NCBI GenBank assembly: GCA_013239625.1
Contig: MU056063.1
Location: 8,742,122-8,806,121, forward strand
Direction: 5' to 3'
DNA from: Lama guanicoe
Taxonomy: Eukaryota
Length of the DNA stretch: 64,000 nucleotides
How positions within the stretch are numbered: position 1 is the first letter of the stretch; every line of letters starts with the position of its first letter. The notes under the pieces were generated by a model. The model had not been told where the DNA came from. It searched no databases and worked only from the letters and a program-made list of their open reading frames with translations. Of this stretch, positions 21,891 to 35,370 are shown in pieces. Position numbers and translations under genes: made by a program.

Positions 21891-24800
21891 TTCCATTTTT
21901 GGAATTTTTTTCCATTTATGAAAAGATTAGAAAACAAAAGAAAAACAGAAAGGGGAAATAAAAACCATAAGCCACCCATTCTGACGCATTTTCTTGGTCT
22001 TTTATTTGTACCGACATAGATATCTTTTAAAATGAAGTTAGGAGAGCAGTGTTTACATGCTGCTTATGGTTTATCTTCTTCCTTACCTGTGGCCTTAATG
22101 AGTCTTAAACCCCATTCTTTTTAATGGATTCAAGGTATCCCACTGAATGGATGGAGCATAGTTAAATCAGCTAATCCTCTAATATCTGACCAATATTCAC
22201 TATTACAAATACTGTGCCTGATCGGCTTTATGCCTGTTTGATGATATCCTTCTTAGCAACCCACAAGGTGCAGTGACGGAGTTAAAGAGCATGAGATGGC
22301 TGAGACTGGGTGCATGTGAGTGACGCCTGTGAGCATCCTTTAACTCAGATGGGACTTCTGGTTTGGTTTCAGGTAAGGACCCAGCCTGATTTTGAATGCC
22401 GGGTGTTCCTGGTGCACTGAGATAGACCACCCCCACCCTGGCCTATTGCCCACAAGCCGCGCACCAAGCTTTTCAGATCCGAGGGTTCAAACACGCTTGC
22501 CTCGGTCCTCCTGGACAGCTGAGATGCCGCCCAAGGCCAGAGGGTGCTTGTCTGGTTAGAGACTGGTTGCCTGGTCAACGGACACTCCCCTGCAGATTTT
22601 GCTGACTGGCACCTGCTCAGTTCCTGTCTGGCATCATCAGAATTTGATGAAAATCTTTGGTTTACGATTTGTTTTGCATTTTCCTCCTCGTCTGGACTTC
22701 TGCAATTGGGACCTGAGGCTGTGAGGCCCAGCAGAAAAGGGAGCAGCCCCAGACTGAGTGACTCAGCCACAGGCCTCGGTTTCTCTGAGTATGGCTGAGA
22801 GCCTGGCCGCGGCCAGGACACTCGGCTCCTCAGCTAAGCGGGGAGACTCCTGCCACCTCCAACTGCACTTGGCACATGACTGAAGGGACACTAGGCACCG
22901 CGTCACCTCCAACCCATCTCTCCGGGCCAGTGGGGGCTGGTGACGGAGGACACTTCCCGTGAATCCGAGCCCCTCCAAATGGAAGGGTCCTGGCCCTCCC
23001 CCTGCCCCTCTTAAGGGGCAGCTGTCGCTGAGCCTCATCTGCATTCAGCTAAATACTATGTCTTGGTAACATTTTTGATCTTCATTAATTATAGCTCAGG
23101 AAAGCTGGCAAAGACAACCTGTCTCTTTCATATAAACAAGATTAATTGCACGGTTCCTGCAGAAAATGAGCGACCAGCAGTTTAACAAAAAATGTTTGTC
23201 TTTAAGCAGCCTTTGGATAAAAAAAAAATTAAAACTGTTACAGGAAGTGCGGGAGCTGCCAAATTAGCGCGCCCGCAGGCCTCGCCCTCATTATCAGACT
23301 GAAGGAACACACGCCCCTGGCCTTTCATCCTCCTCCAGGCCCGGCAACGGGGAGGGGAAGAAAGCAACTTAGCACAAAGCAGTGTCTCTGAAGTCTGGAA
23401 TGCAGCCGGCTGTTTGAAGGTGGATTTGCACCCGACACCTTGCCCTGAGCTCCCTGTCAGGACTCGCCGGTCTTCACACCCCCCAGACTGCCGTTCTGGG
23501 CTCTTCATCTCATAACGACCACATAATCCAAGAAAAGTGCACGCAGTATCACGATCACTTTCATTAATAACCATGAAATAGGCCTTCCTTCAGCAAATGA
23601 AAAAACCCAAACATCAAATCCGTGCAGCGGGCTGGGGCCGGGGCTCCTGGGGGTGGAGCAAGATGCACAGCTGGCGGGCACCTCACTGCCACCCTGCCAC
23701 TCCAGGGTCTCTGACCCTCACTGAGAGAAGGTGGAGCCCAGCTGGGCACTTGCTCCCCGACCCTCACCCCGGTGCTCAAGAGGCCTGCTGGCATCCAGCC
23801 TTCTGCTGGGATCCCCTGGGGCGGTTGGGGACCCGGGGGTCTAAAGTGAGGCTTCTGCCCGGGATGCTGTGACCTTAATCAGAAAGACCACCGGGGAGAG
23901 CCAGTTCTCCAGGCTCGGGGCTGGCTGAGGGGAGACTGCAGGTTTGGGGCAGGTCGACGGTGCAGTTGGTGCAAGTCCGGGAGCTGCAGCCACTAAAGAA
24001 ATACCCTCGCACGCCCACAGGGGGTGGCCTCCATGGCTGGAAGCTGGAGGCTGGAGAGCCGGAGGCGTGCTGGGGTGGTGATGTGCTTTCCCGGAGAAAG
24101 AGGGGCGCAGAGGGACATGGGACTTTCCGAGGTTGGGGATGCAGGGACACAGCGACCTGATGCCCGGAGACGGGTCTGAAACACGGACACCAGCCAGCCC
24201 CTCGCTGATGCTGACACAGTCCAGGGTGGGGCAGGGGGAGGGGAGTGGACCCAGCTATCTGCTGTCACTGTTGCCTCCCCAGGCGGGAGGAGCTGGGACG
24301 AGGGGTCTCCCTGTGGCCCGGGTGGGGGCCTCCTGGATTTTCATGACCAGAACGTTGCCTCTCTCTGCTTTTCTGTGATGTTCAAACCCTGTGCTGAGAT
24401 GGCTCAGTCTGTAAGGTTCCCAGGGACCCTGGTTCCAAAGGAAGTCCCTGGGCTGAGGAGCTTTGGGGTCCCACAACCCTCGGGGCGTCCAGCCAGGCCC
24501 ACAGCAGTGCTGGTGCCCCCAGGACGCGGCCCTGGAAGCAGGCAGAGTGGCCGGGGCTGGTGGGCAGTCTCAGTGGATCGGCGAGGCTCTCCCCAGACCG
24601 AGCCAGGCGTGGTTACATAGCGCCTGGCACAGAACAGCATATGAAAACCTCCGGGGGTCTTCACCTCGGGACTTGGGCCCTCTCTTGAAATACTAGTACA
24701 CACACATCCAAGTGTAAGAGGATTTACGCACGCACGCGCCGTGGCCTGGTACTTCTCTGCTGCACATGGAACTGCGCACTCAATATCCCATCCAGGGAGG

Positions 24801-25139
24801 ATGCTGGTCTCCATGCGTGAAGTGACTCCACGACGTACTAACAGAGGGGCTGGCGCTTTGAGGACACACTGCCCCAGACCCCGGCCAGCAACCAGGGAGG
24901 AAGGCAGCCCGGGGAGTCTCCTGACAGCCAGCGACAAGTGGGCTGGGGTCTGAGGGGCAGTCCGGCCCGGCCTAGCCCCTCATGAGCACCAGGTCTCTCA
25001 ACGGGTGCTTTCTGGAACTCAGGGGGTGTGGGGGAGGGGCCTGGTGGGGGCTCACTTCTGCCTCCACTGTCCCCTCTGCAAACAGAAAAGTGGGCCGTGC
25101 CCACATCACCTGGCCTCAGTCATTGAGATTTTCCCCCCA

Positions 25140-25500
25140 TTTTTTCACATTTTCCTGACTATAAAAACTCTATAGAAAGCCTTCAAGTATGTAAAAGTAT
25201 AAAGAAGAAACCTGAAAGTCATGTAGAGTCCTGCCATCAGGAACTGCTGAGATTTTGATACACTTTTAAAATTTCATATGCACATGAAACTGAGAATCGT
25301 GTTGTGTATTGCGTGTTGTATCCTTTCTGTCTAACGACTTAACGAGCATCTCCTTGGTCGCCACATCCTGCTCAGGGACACAGCTGCGTACTCAGATTCC
25401 ACTGCACGGATAGGCCACGAGCAGTTAATGCACCCCACGGTCTGACAGTCACATGTATCCCGGTGTCTCTGACTACTGTCATCAATGTCACAACGTCGGA
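25140..25500 (-). mobile_element. Decayed L1ME-like 3' fragment
   Basis: 'aaaagtataaagaagaaa...aaactgagaatcgtgttgtgtattg' pattern; by eye only. Confidence 0.4.
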
Positions 25501-28500
25501 ATTAACACAGCGTGAGGGGCGCTAACTGTCCCCTTAGACACACTCCCCGTGGCAGAACTGCTGGGTCTGAGACCCAGAGATGTGGGGGCAGGGGGTGCAG
25601 AGTCCGCAGAGTGGACCCCACTGCTGAGCCCTGCGGTCCTGGGAGGGGTCAGAGTCCCAGAGAGAAGAGCAGGAGGACAGGACCATGTCCGACGCCCTCC
25701 CTCCTCAACAAGGCAGGAGTCCGGGTCACACCCAGCCTGTGGAAGCTCCGCGCGGGGCCCTGGGCTCCTCGATGGCCCTGGGGCGGCCTGTCGGGAGGTC
25801 TGGGGCCCCTCCCTGAGGACAACCTGCACCTGCTCCTCCCCAGACTCAGCTGCTCTGGGACTTGCCAGCGTCATCTTAACCCAAGTCACTGCTTGTGACA
25901 ATCTGATGACACCATGGGGTTGTTGTGTGTCTTGCAGATAAACGGAGTCAAAGAGGTCAGGTCAACTGTCTTTGTTCGCACAACCACTAAGGGCTGACGG
26001 GACTCGCACCGGAACTTCCCGCCCAAGACGACCGCCTCCTGGCGGCCCCGCTGCGCCTCCATCCCAGCCCGACCTGACGCACACGCTTCTCAAGGCCAGC
26101 ATACCACCACCTCATGGTCACATGGGATTAAAAGCTCAAATTCAGAGCCCCTCGGTCTTTATCGGTTACGACAAGGATGTACGAACACCCTGGCATTGTC
26201 CTGGGGCGAGGGGGCAGCCTCGGGGACGCCGAGGGAAGCAGCTGTGGCGCTTGACCTCCTGCCAGTCATTTCCGCAGCAGCAACCTGACAGAGCCAAACG
26301 CTGTGGCTCTGCCTGGCAGTCAAGGCTGGCCAGTCACTCAGGTCCCCCTTAGGCCAGCCCAGAAGGAGCGCCAGGCCGTCTCCAGGCCCTAACTTAGCTC
26401 AGCGGAGACCACATGCAGAGATGCTTCAGAATTTGGGAAACTGCACCATGAAGTTTCTTAATGACGTTCTGGGCAAATGTGAAGTGGCTTCTATCAGTGA
26501 AAAGATCTCACAAATTCCAAATCTGGTTAAGTGGACGTTCGTAAGAGCCATGAGAAAAAATTCAATGTTTCAATATGCCTTTGAAGGCCATCTGCAATCT
26601 GTCTCTGGGGTGCCCAGAGCAGACATTCTTAACTTTAAGAAGATGTGAATTGTAAGAACTACAAGAGGAAATTTTAGAAATTAACCTTCTGGTTTGAGAT
26701 CCTTGAAGATTCACGTGATTGTGAGAAACAGTGGGACCCCCTCCCCATGACCCCAGTGCTCTCATCTTACAAAACTGTGGCAGGGTATCTCCTGGGTAGT
26801 CAGGAGGCGAACGGTTACGAGAGGACTTTCCAGAGACTTGATAAAACTCTGTCGACTGCGAGAGCAGAACGAACCTGAGGGCCTTCAGGACTTGTGACCA
26901 ATTCGGGGCAATGCCCAGGCTGAGGGTCTCGTGGGAGGGCCTGGCCCCGCCCCACCCCCCGCAAATAGGGGCCCTTCCATTCTTCTACCCTGAATAGCCA
27001 AGGGCGGGAGGAGGGAATGACGGTGCCCAAGGCCCCTGGACAAACGGTGGACCAGGAGGCCGCGAGGTCCTGCCAGCTCCAGCCCTGGCCGCTCCTGCTC
27101 TCCCCTCTCCACCCACTTCCTCGGCCACAAGATGCAGCGGCTTAGCCTGGCGAGTCCAGTACGGCAGCCACTGTCCACATGTGTGGCTAAGCACCTGAAC
27201 ACAGCTAATGTGACTGGGGAACAGAGTCTTCCATGTGAATTAACCTTGATCGTTTTACACATACAGACATGTGTGGCCAGTGGCTACCCCACTGGCAGGA
27301 CAGAAAGTCCTTCAACCTCTCCACTTCGTGAATGTTCTGAGATATCTAGTTTGTCTGGGTGGCCGTCTGGCCTCCTGTGGGATGGGAGGAGAGCCTCAGT
27401 CCCGGGGAAGCCGGGGCTCGAGACTTAGGGCTTCTCCACGGCGGGTCTGTGTCCCGTCGGACGCACACCCGGTTCGCTTGACCTCCAGATGAAACGCATC
27501 CTTGTGCGTTGCACAGCCGCCTCCAGCAACCCACCTGTTCTCTCATCCCCCTCGCAAATGGTGTGAACCCAAAATGTGGGAAATGAAAGCTCACACTCTG
27601 AACAGCAAGACAGGCGCTTCTGGAAAACCCCATGGTAACCAGTGACTGAAATTAGGGTAATTTTTTGATGACTAAGAGGCTCCTATTTAAAGAACTAAGC
27701 GTCTATGAGCAAAAGGAGCAGCAAATAGCAAACCAACTCCCGGAAGGAGAACACACGGAATAAATCCAGACAGAAGCTCACAACACACTGGACTCGACAC
27801 GGTCTGTTAGCCGTCCTCCCCGCCCCCCCCCCCCGCGCGGCCCCCGCCCGGGGCCGGGCTGCTCCCAAGAGACCTGGTCCTTCTCCATCAACGCCCCCCC
27901 GACTGCAGACAGTTCTGCACACCACACAGCATGACAAAAACACCCCTTAGAATAAGGGGTAATTCATTCATTCCAATTAAACCCCGTAAAGTTCAGCTTA
28001 TTATTTAAATACTTATCTATTTAAGAATCTGAGGCTCTTTCTCCCCAGTAGCACAACCTGCTTATTTCACACTAACTTCCTAAAAGCTTACGCTTTATTT
28101 AGTTCCCACAGACAGTTAAACACTGTCTCCGGGACTGTCTTTTCCCAGCCCCGGGGTCAGTTATGTCCTTTAATAACCACAGGCACAGGTCCCCGCTCGA
28201 CAGGCGCACTGCACACGAGGGCGATGCTAAGCCCTCACGGGCCTTCTCCGACCCCCACAGGTGGGAGAAGGACCCGGGCTGTCCCTCTTACCTGCGGGTG
28301 TCTGGTGGCCCCTGCATCCTGCTTTCAGGTCCTCTGCAGAGGAAGCCTGCCCTTCCTTGGGTTTATGGTAACGGGGTGTCTGATGCAGGAGGGGTGTGGC
28401 TCCCCGTGCAGGATGGCAGGTGAAGACAGGGAGCGTGGGGTTTTGTCACTTCACAGGTGAAATCCAATACTGGGCCTTTCATGTCTCTCGCCCCTCCCCA

Positions 28501-30509
28501 CCCCTCCCCGAACCTGTTTCTTCTGCACCCGCTCACCCCCACCCCCAGGCAAAGGTATATTTCCTGGAAACTGGAAAAACCAGGTACTAGCAACCTCAGA
28601 TCAGTGCTAATTAAATTAGGCTGTAAAATTCAGGCTGTGAGTGACGGCTCCCCCGTTCCGACTGGGCCCCTAACAGGCCTAGTGAGTGCCTCTGATGCCA
28701 CCCTGGTCCGGGGTGGATGGGGCTCAGGCCACAAGCACATCAAGGGTTCTGAGCAGACTGACTTGGAAGCAAGCCTCTCCTCCTGGCCTTTTCTGCCCCA
28801 GCTTCCATGTCACGTGTTAAGTTTCAAGAGCTCGAATAAGTACCCGCGTAGCATTTCATTAGCCACTCAAGTTCCATCTTTGTTATTAACATCGTATTGG
28901 GTGATCTTTACAATAAGCACACGGACAGTGGGTGAGGGCGGCGCTGAGTTGCCGCCTGACTTCGGGAGCCCTTCCCAGGCTGAGTCCCCCTGAGGTGACA
29001 CTCTTGGGGACACAGGGGGTCCATCACCTGATGTCTCGCTGGGCCCCCGTGCAGTCCTGGGGGCCAGAGCCTGGACATCAGGATGCCAGCTGTAACAGCG
29101 GGCAGCTCTGCTGTCTCTGGTTTGTTCCCACGGAGGGAACCCTATCTCGTCTCAGAAGCACCCGGCCATGGCACGCTGTCATTGGGCACGGAGGAGAGGG
29201 GCTTCCGCTCTGTGGCTCTGCCTGTGGGGAGGGAAGGTGGCCCACCCTCCCTTGAGCTACACGTGAGGTTGCAGAACCAGGAGCTGGCCCTGGAAGGCAG
29301 CAGGGGGAGGACTGGCCCTGGGAGAGGACGCTGATCCACACAGGACAGCAGCTCCACAACGTGGCTGGGGCCAAGGAGGGGCAGCAAGCAGGACCCCTTC
29401 CCCAGGGCCACCCGGGCACTCAGTACTTCTGAGATCAGGTCCCTGGGGTAGTCAGCTGTGGGTTCATATTTCACGAGAAAACCAGAAAAAAGTTAAGAAT
29501 ATCAAAGGTAGAATTTTCTTTTGCTTCAGAACTTCATGTCCCCCGAGGCTGCGGTGGGCCGGGATTTGAGGTCCCGCAGGCTGGAGGGGGCTAGATGGGG
29601 AGTCTTGCTGCTCTCTGGTCTTCAAAGCGAGTGTTTATGGCTTTCTTGATTGTCTTTTTATCCTCTTTTGTTATCAAAGAGGCTTGTAACAGTCCTGAGT
29701 GCAACAAGTGACTTCCTGATTTTTCTGCCAAACAAGGTGGTTATAAAACTTGAAAGAAATTGGGCACTGAGCGAAAGTGCCTTTGCAGAAAAATTTAAGG
29801 TGATTTTGATCCTTTAATTGCCTAAATTTTACCTCATAAACCAACCTCTTTCCCCCTTTTCCTCAAAGCCTCCAACGACACGGTCTACGGAGTTAAACCA
29901 GACTGGAGCTGCTTGTTCGAGAGCCGCCAGGATGAGACTCCCTCCCGGACCAGCGTGTGTGGGAGCAGCGGCCTCTCGGAGGCCAAGGGTGGAAACCCTG
30001 CAGATTAGCGGTGCTAAGGCCTGTCAGATGTGGCTTTGTGGGACCCCCCCACCGCCCGCAGCCACAGAGTGTGGAGGCAAGGTGGACGTGGGGGGAGCCG
30101 AGCTCACCATGCATGGACAGAGAGATGCGGGGGGAGGAGCACACGGAAGTGGCTCTGAGCCTCGACAGTGCCAGGGCGGCCTGGGTCTAAGTGTGGAGCC
30201 TCCAGCCTGGCCCTGGACGTCCCATCTGTCCTCACGGACTGACGTGAGGCGGTGAGGTTGGTCTCACCTACACACTGGAACCCGAGGTTGTAAAACAGTG
30301 AAGCAACAGATCAGGAACTGGAACCTGTGGTGGGTGGTATTTATCTAAACACCAGCTTTTGTAAGAACCAAATGAGAAGGGGGTTGAAGTTGTAAGAGCA
30401 GCCTCAGCCCTGGACCCAGCAGCGGGTTAACATCCCTCAGCCTGGCCCGGGCCATACCTCCTCCAGGCAGGCTGCCGGATCACAGCTTCCAATGGGTTAG
30501 GACCCAAGC

Positions 30510-30660
30510 CTGCTCTCTGCTCAACATGTGTCCACAGACCGGCAACCTCAGCGTCACCTGTTAGAAGGGTGAGGTCTCTACCTGCCCAGGTCTCCTGAAT
30601 CAGAATCTGCCTCTTAACCAGGTTCCCGGGTGATTCAGCGACCACGGACACCTGAGGAGG
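30510..30660. mobile_element. MER5A-like hAT-Charlie MITE
   Basis: 'gtccacagaccggcaacctcagcgtcacctg...ctgaatcagaatctgcctcttaaccaggttcccgggtgattca'. Confidence 0.75.
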
Positions 30661-33600
30661 GATGGAGTCGCTCCCAGGTTTCCAGCCTCCCGGGTGCACG
30701 GCTCCAACAGTAAAAAGACTGCATGAGCGTCACACACGTGACGTTCCACTGCACCGATCTGCTTTATGTACATGGTACATATACACATGTGTGGAAAGTT
30801 GAGAAGCAGGAGGTTAGGGTGGAAAACCATTCATTTACTAACGGTGCAAAGTCGTTTGGTTGTTTAAACTTTGAAAACCAGGGTCGTAGCATCTCGTGTC
30901 TGTTGAGAGAGGTTTCTCCTCCTCGGTCATCACTGTGAGGAGTGGTGAGGGGTCAGGCCCACAGGAAGCCCCGCGCTTGCTGGGGTTGAGGCCGAGGGGC
31001 CAGTAAGAGCTCCCCGTCTCCCCCTTGACAGGAGTCTGGGGGCAGGCGTCTCAGAACTCCCCCGTTCCCCCCCGCCAGAGTGCGTCTGGCCTCAGCCTCC
31101 AGCTCCAAGGTCCAGTCCCGGCTCTTCCTCTGGCTGCGGGAGAAACCAGCCAGCACGCCTTCCACACACAGTGCACACACGCCACATTGACCGGACTCAG
31201 GAAACCACCCAGCCTTGGATTCGAGGCACCTGGATGATGGCACAGTCCTTGGGGATCTCGAGGGGAGGGGCCCTGGGCCTGGCTGCGCCGTTGGGAAGCC
31301 CAGGCTCCGAGAAGGAGGATTTGGGCCTCGGAGAGAAGATAACCCAGAAGATTTTAAGTTCACGCCTCTGCAGGACTTGAAGTCGTTTGATTGTCCTAAA
31401 CATGCTTTTCAAAAGTGCCTCTAAGTATCTCGTTCCCTCAGATGCGTCTGGCAGGTCCTGGGTCGCAAGCTGAATAAACTGCTCAGTTTCCGGGAGCCGT
31501 GGGTTCAGCCCCCCGACAGCCGGACGCCCCACGGCCCCGAGATGGGGCACCTCTGCACCACCTCCGGGACCTGCCCGTCTCGAGGCACAAGCCCGTGGGC
31601 CCCGCCCCGTCGGGGTTGCGGGGACAAAGGTAGCACCAGTTTGACGTTTCCCTTCTGCTTCTGCTCTCCTCTCTGCCTTGGCCCCACTCTTCAGATACAC
31701 ATCGGAGTCTGTTTCTCAAGACCCCACGTGGAACTGCCCATCTCCCTGCCCCGTTGATTTGTACGACTCGGGTGTGAGGCTGAAGTAGCTCCGGCTCCGG
31801 GAGGACAGGACAGGGAGCCGGCTCGGGGGCTGGCACTTCTCAGACGTTCATGGGGCCAGACCCAAGCGGGGCCTCGGCACAGAGGGGTCCCAGCCCTGAG
31901 GATGGGGGTGCAGCGGGCGTCGCTCAGAGCAGACAGCTGCAACACAGCCAGCGAGGCTATGAAGTGGGGCAGTTTGCTGCAGCTTCGCACTTTATTCCCC
32001 TTATTTCTCAGACCAATTTTTGATTAAGTGTGGGAATTTCACCTTGAGTCCCTGAAGAAAAGGTATTACTACATGCACAGCCGGCAGCATCTTGGTGCTG
32101 AAAGAAATACAAAAGGTGTGAACGATGAGAAGCCACAGTCCCAGGGCCTCACCGTCCAGTGGGAGAGACAGAAGGATAGAAACAGAAGAGCAGTGCCCAG
32201 CGGGATGACATCGCCGGTCAGAAGGCGTCAAGGGGAACCAGCACCCGTGGGTCCCCAGGACGGTCCAACTCCACACGGGAAGGGACAGTGGGGGACCTCA
32301 GGGAAGGGCAGTGGACTGAAGGGGAGAGTCCGGCTCTGGGGCTGGGGCCTCCAATATGGAGTGGTTGCCATATGACCACGTTCTGGGGAGCCACAACGGT
32401 CCATGACGGGGCTGCTTAGAGCTGGAACTCTCAGGCCCACCCAGGCCCTTAGGAGTCAGGCCTGCACGTCCCCGTGGCCCAGGGTGCGTGTGAGGATGGA
32501 GAAGTTCTTCTTCGGGGTGGGAGGAGCCAGGGGAGGGCTTGCAACCAGGCTTAGGACAAGGAGCCCTTTCAGGATTGTTCATCTATGCATGTGAGCTCAG
32601 AGATCTGGCAGCCAGGAGCTGCGGGACTGAGCCCTGAAGCTGGAGGGAGAGTCCCGATGTCCTGCTGGAGGAACCGGCGGGGCGAGACCCACATGGAGGC
32701 ACCGGACAGGCCTGGGGAGCCGTGTTGGCCAGAGGTGGTCCACACTCTGCATGATCATTTGTCAGTTCCAAGGGGGAGCAGGGTTCACTGAGAGCTGGGG
32801 TTCTGGGCATCACCAGTTTCTCCCCACTCAGGGAACCCAGCAGAAAAACTAGGGCAGTGGTTACTTGAGGCTTCAGTAAAAGAAATGTTACTAGAATTTC
32901 TATAAGCCTAGAATTTCACATCATTAAAATAAGTTCAGAAAATGCACTTTAATTTGTTAGTGGTTCCAATAAAAGAAGACTCTCTGAACAATAATGTTTC
33001 ATCCTGGGAATCAACTACAAGACCAAACACATTTGGTGGAAATAGCTACCCTTCAGCAGGACAGAACGACCCATGAAAGGCTCCAAGACCTCGGTGGGGG
33101 TGGCCTTCCGCTTGTCCCACAGCAGATGAGGAAGGGGCGGTGAGGTCACTGGTCTCAGGGCTCAGAGAGTGAGGAGCCTGCAGGGTCACCGAGGGGAGAC
33201 CGGCCTTGGACACGGGTGGCCTGACTCCCAGGCCCATCTCAGCTCCCAGGCCTTCCTGCCTCTGGACGTGGGCCAGGAGAAGGGGGTGCAGTTTCCGCTC
33301 CGGGAAGGGGACACCTCCTGCCCGGTCTCCCCTTGGCCTTCTTGAATTTTCTTCTAGAGCTTTCTGAGCTGGGCATGCCCAGAACACAGCAACCTGTGCC
33401 CCAAACCCAAAAGTGGCTCCTACAAGGTGCTTTGTGGAGAGCAAGGCCTTAGGCAGAGAGAAGCAGGAGCAGTGTGAGGGTGACCTGCCACCAACAGCCT
33501 CCTCTGGCCTCCGCCCCCACTTCTATTGGCCAAATCCACCCGGGACCCTGTTGGTGCCGCCCACGCAGGAGCCTCCCAAACAGAGCAGGGAGTGGGCTGG

Positions 33601-35199
33601 AGGGTTGGGAAAGCCGAGTGCGGCGAGGACAGGACTGGGGCTCCTCTGTCTGGCTCAGCTGGGCCCCACATACAGCAGGTGCTCATAGCATTGGTGGAGG
33701 GGGTGGGAACTGCCCTGAGTGGAGGAGGGGGATGTGTGCCCACAGGTCTCCCCGCCCCGAGCAGGGCCACCGCTCTCGGCAGGCAGTAGGTCGTCAGCCC
33801 CAGAGGCCCGGGAGAGAGCTGGGGGCACAGGCTGGGGTGATTAAACCAACTTGCCAGATTCTGGCATGAGTGAAGGATGGTCGTAGGAAGTGGGTTTGGA
33901 GCAGCAGAAACACCACGCAGGCAGTCCTGATGCTGGGGCGTCTCAGTGTGGAGACGGGCTCGAAGGAAAAGGCAGAGGAAAGACAGAAAAGTCCCTCCTG
34001 GAGGCAGGGGGCGTCCACGGATTTGTTAGCACAGCTGCAAACTTGGTTAAATTAAACCCACAGAACAATCCGCACACAGAGCTGAAGGAAGCAGATGATG
34101 TGGACGTAAATGAGCACAGTTTGAAAGCTTTCCAAAAGGAAGCCATTAACCCGCAGGGCGGGGAGCAGACACCACATCTCCTGCGGGGCTCAGGCGGCTA
34201 CTGCTTCCTGAAGCCGACTGGTGCTAGCTCCAAAAACGCTCAGCGTTGAGGAAAACAAGATTCAACCCAACTCCCAGATGCCGGGCCACCGATGACACGA
34301 AGTCCCCCCACACACCCCATCTCTTTCTCCTCCTGCCAGTATCACTCACGCCCAGGGGCAGACCTCTCCCGCTGTGGATCAAGATACCTTCCAGCCAGCC
34401 TGGGAGTCAGACCAGCCCGCCACCGCCCTCCTTGCTGGGGCCGCAGGGGGCTGCCCGCGCCTCACTCCCCAGCATGGTCCCAGCCTCAGCCCAGCTACTT
34501 GGTTGTCGCATTTCACACACACCCAACCCAGGGAGCAGAGACACCCCCACCCAGGAATTCTGGGGCAGGGACTGCGCAGTTCAGGGCTGCTGTTTGTCCA
34601 AAACACAGTGAGTGAAGTGGTGGGAAGGGTGGAGTGAGGGCCCACTGCAGGGAGGCGTCAGCCGTGGGGCTGGGGGAGGAAAAGCCCTCCTGCCTCCCAC
34701 CGGGGGTTACACTAATTAGGAGGCAGAGCTGGTCCTTCCAGTGGAGTTTCTTCATTTGAATGTGTTTCCCGTGGTGGGGGGGCTGTGGCCGTACCGTGTG
34801 ATGGGGCCCCATGCCCGCCTCCCAGGCCTGGGGTGCGTGTGCCGTGGGCACCTGTGCTGTGGGCACCACAGGGTGGGCGTGGGGATCGTCCTGCATTCTC
34901 CAGCTGAAACCCAGCTGCGTCCCGTCTCCTGGTTGTTCTTTAACCTCAGCTCTTCCATCCCCTCCAGACTTGCTTCACTGACTCCAGACAGATCCCACGG
35001 GCTCACCAGAGTCACTCCCCGAAACCTGCGCTGGTGGCCCTCAGGGCACAGGCGGGAGTCCCCTTTCTGGAGGTGAGGGTGAGCCCGCCTCCTGTCCCTG
35101 CAGCGACCGTCACCCGCCAAGGCTAGGCTCGCGCCGTCCGTGATATTTACTTGACACTGTGGGCAGCGCCTTACGCAGGCGCTCTGCGGTGGGAGCTGC

Positions 35200-35370
35200 T
35201 ACTTTACACAGAGTGCAGCCAGGATGGGGGTGTCTGTGACACGGGGACCTGAGGGGGAGGAGGCGGCACCAGAGGTCCTGGGCAGGATCATTTGTGCAGA
35301 AGGAACAGCAGGGGCAGCGCTGTGGCGCATGTGAGGAGCAGCAGGGAGGCCGGTGTGGCTGGAGTGTGGC
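35200..35370 (-). mobile_element. L2 fragment
   Basis: 'gcagaaggaacagca...gaggagcagcagggaggccggtgtggctggagtg' resembles antisense L2. Confidence 0.55.
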
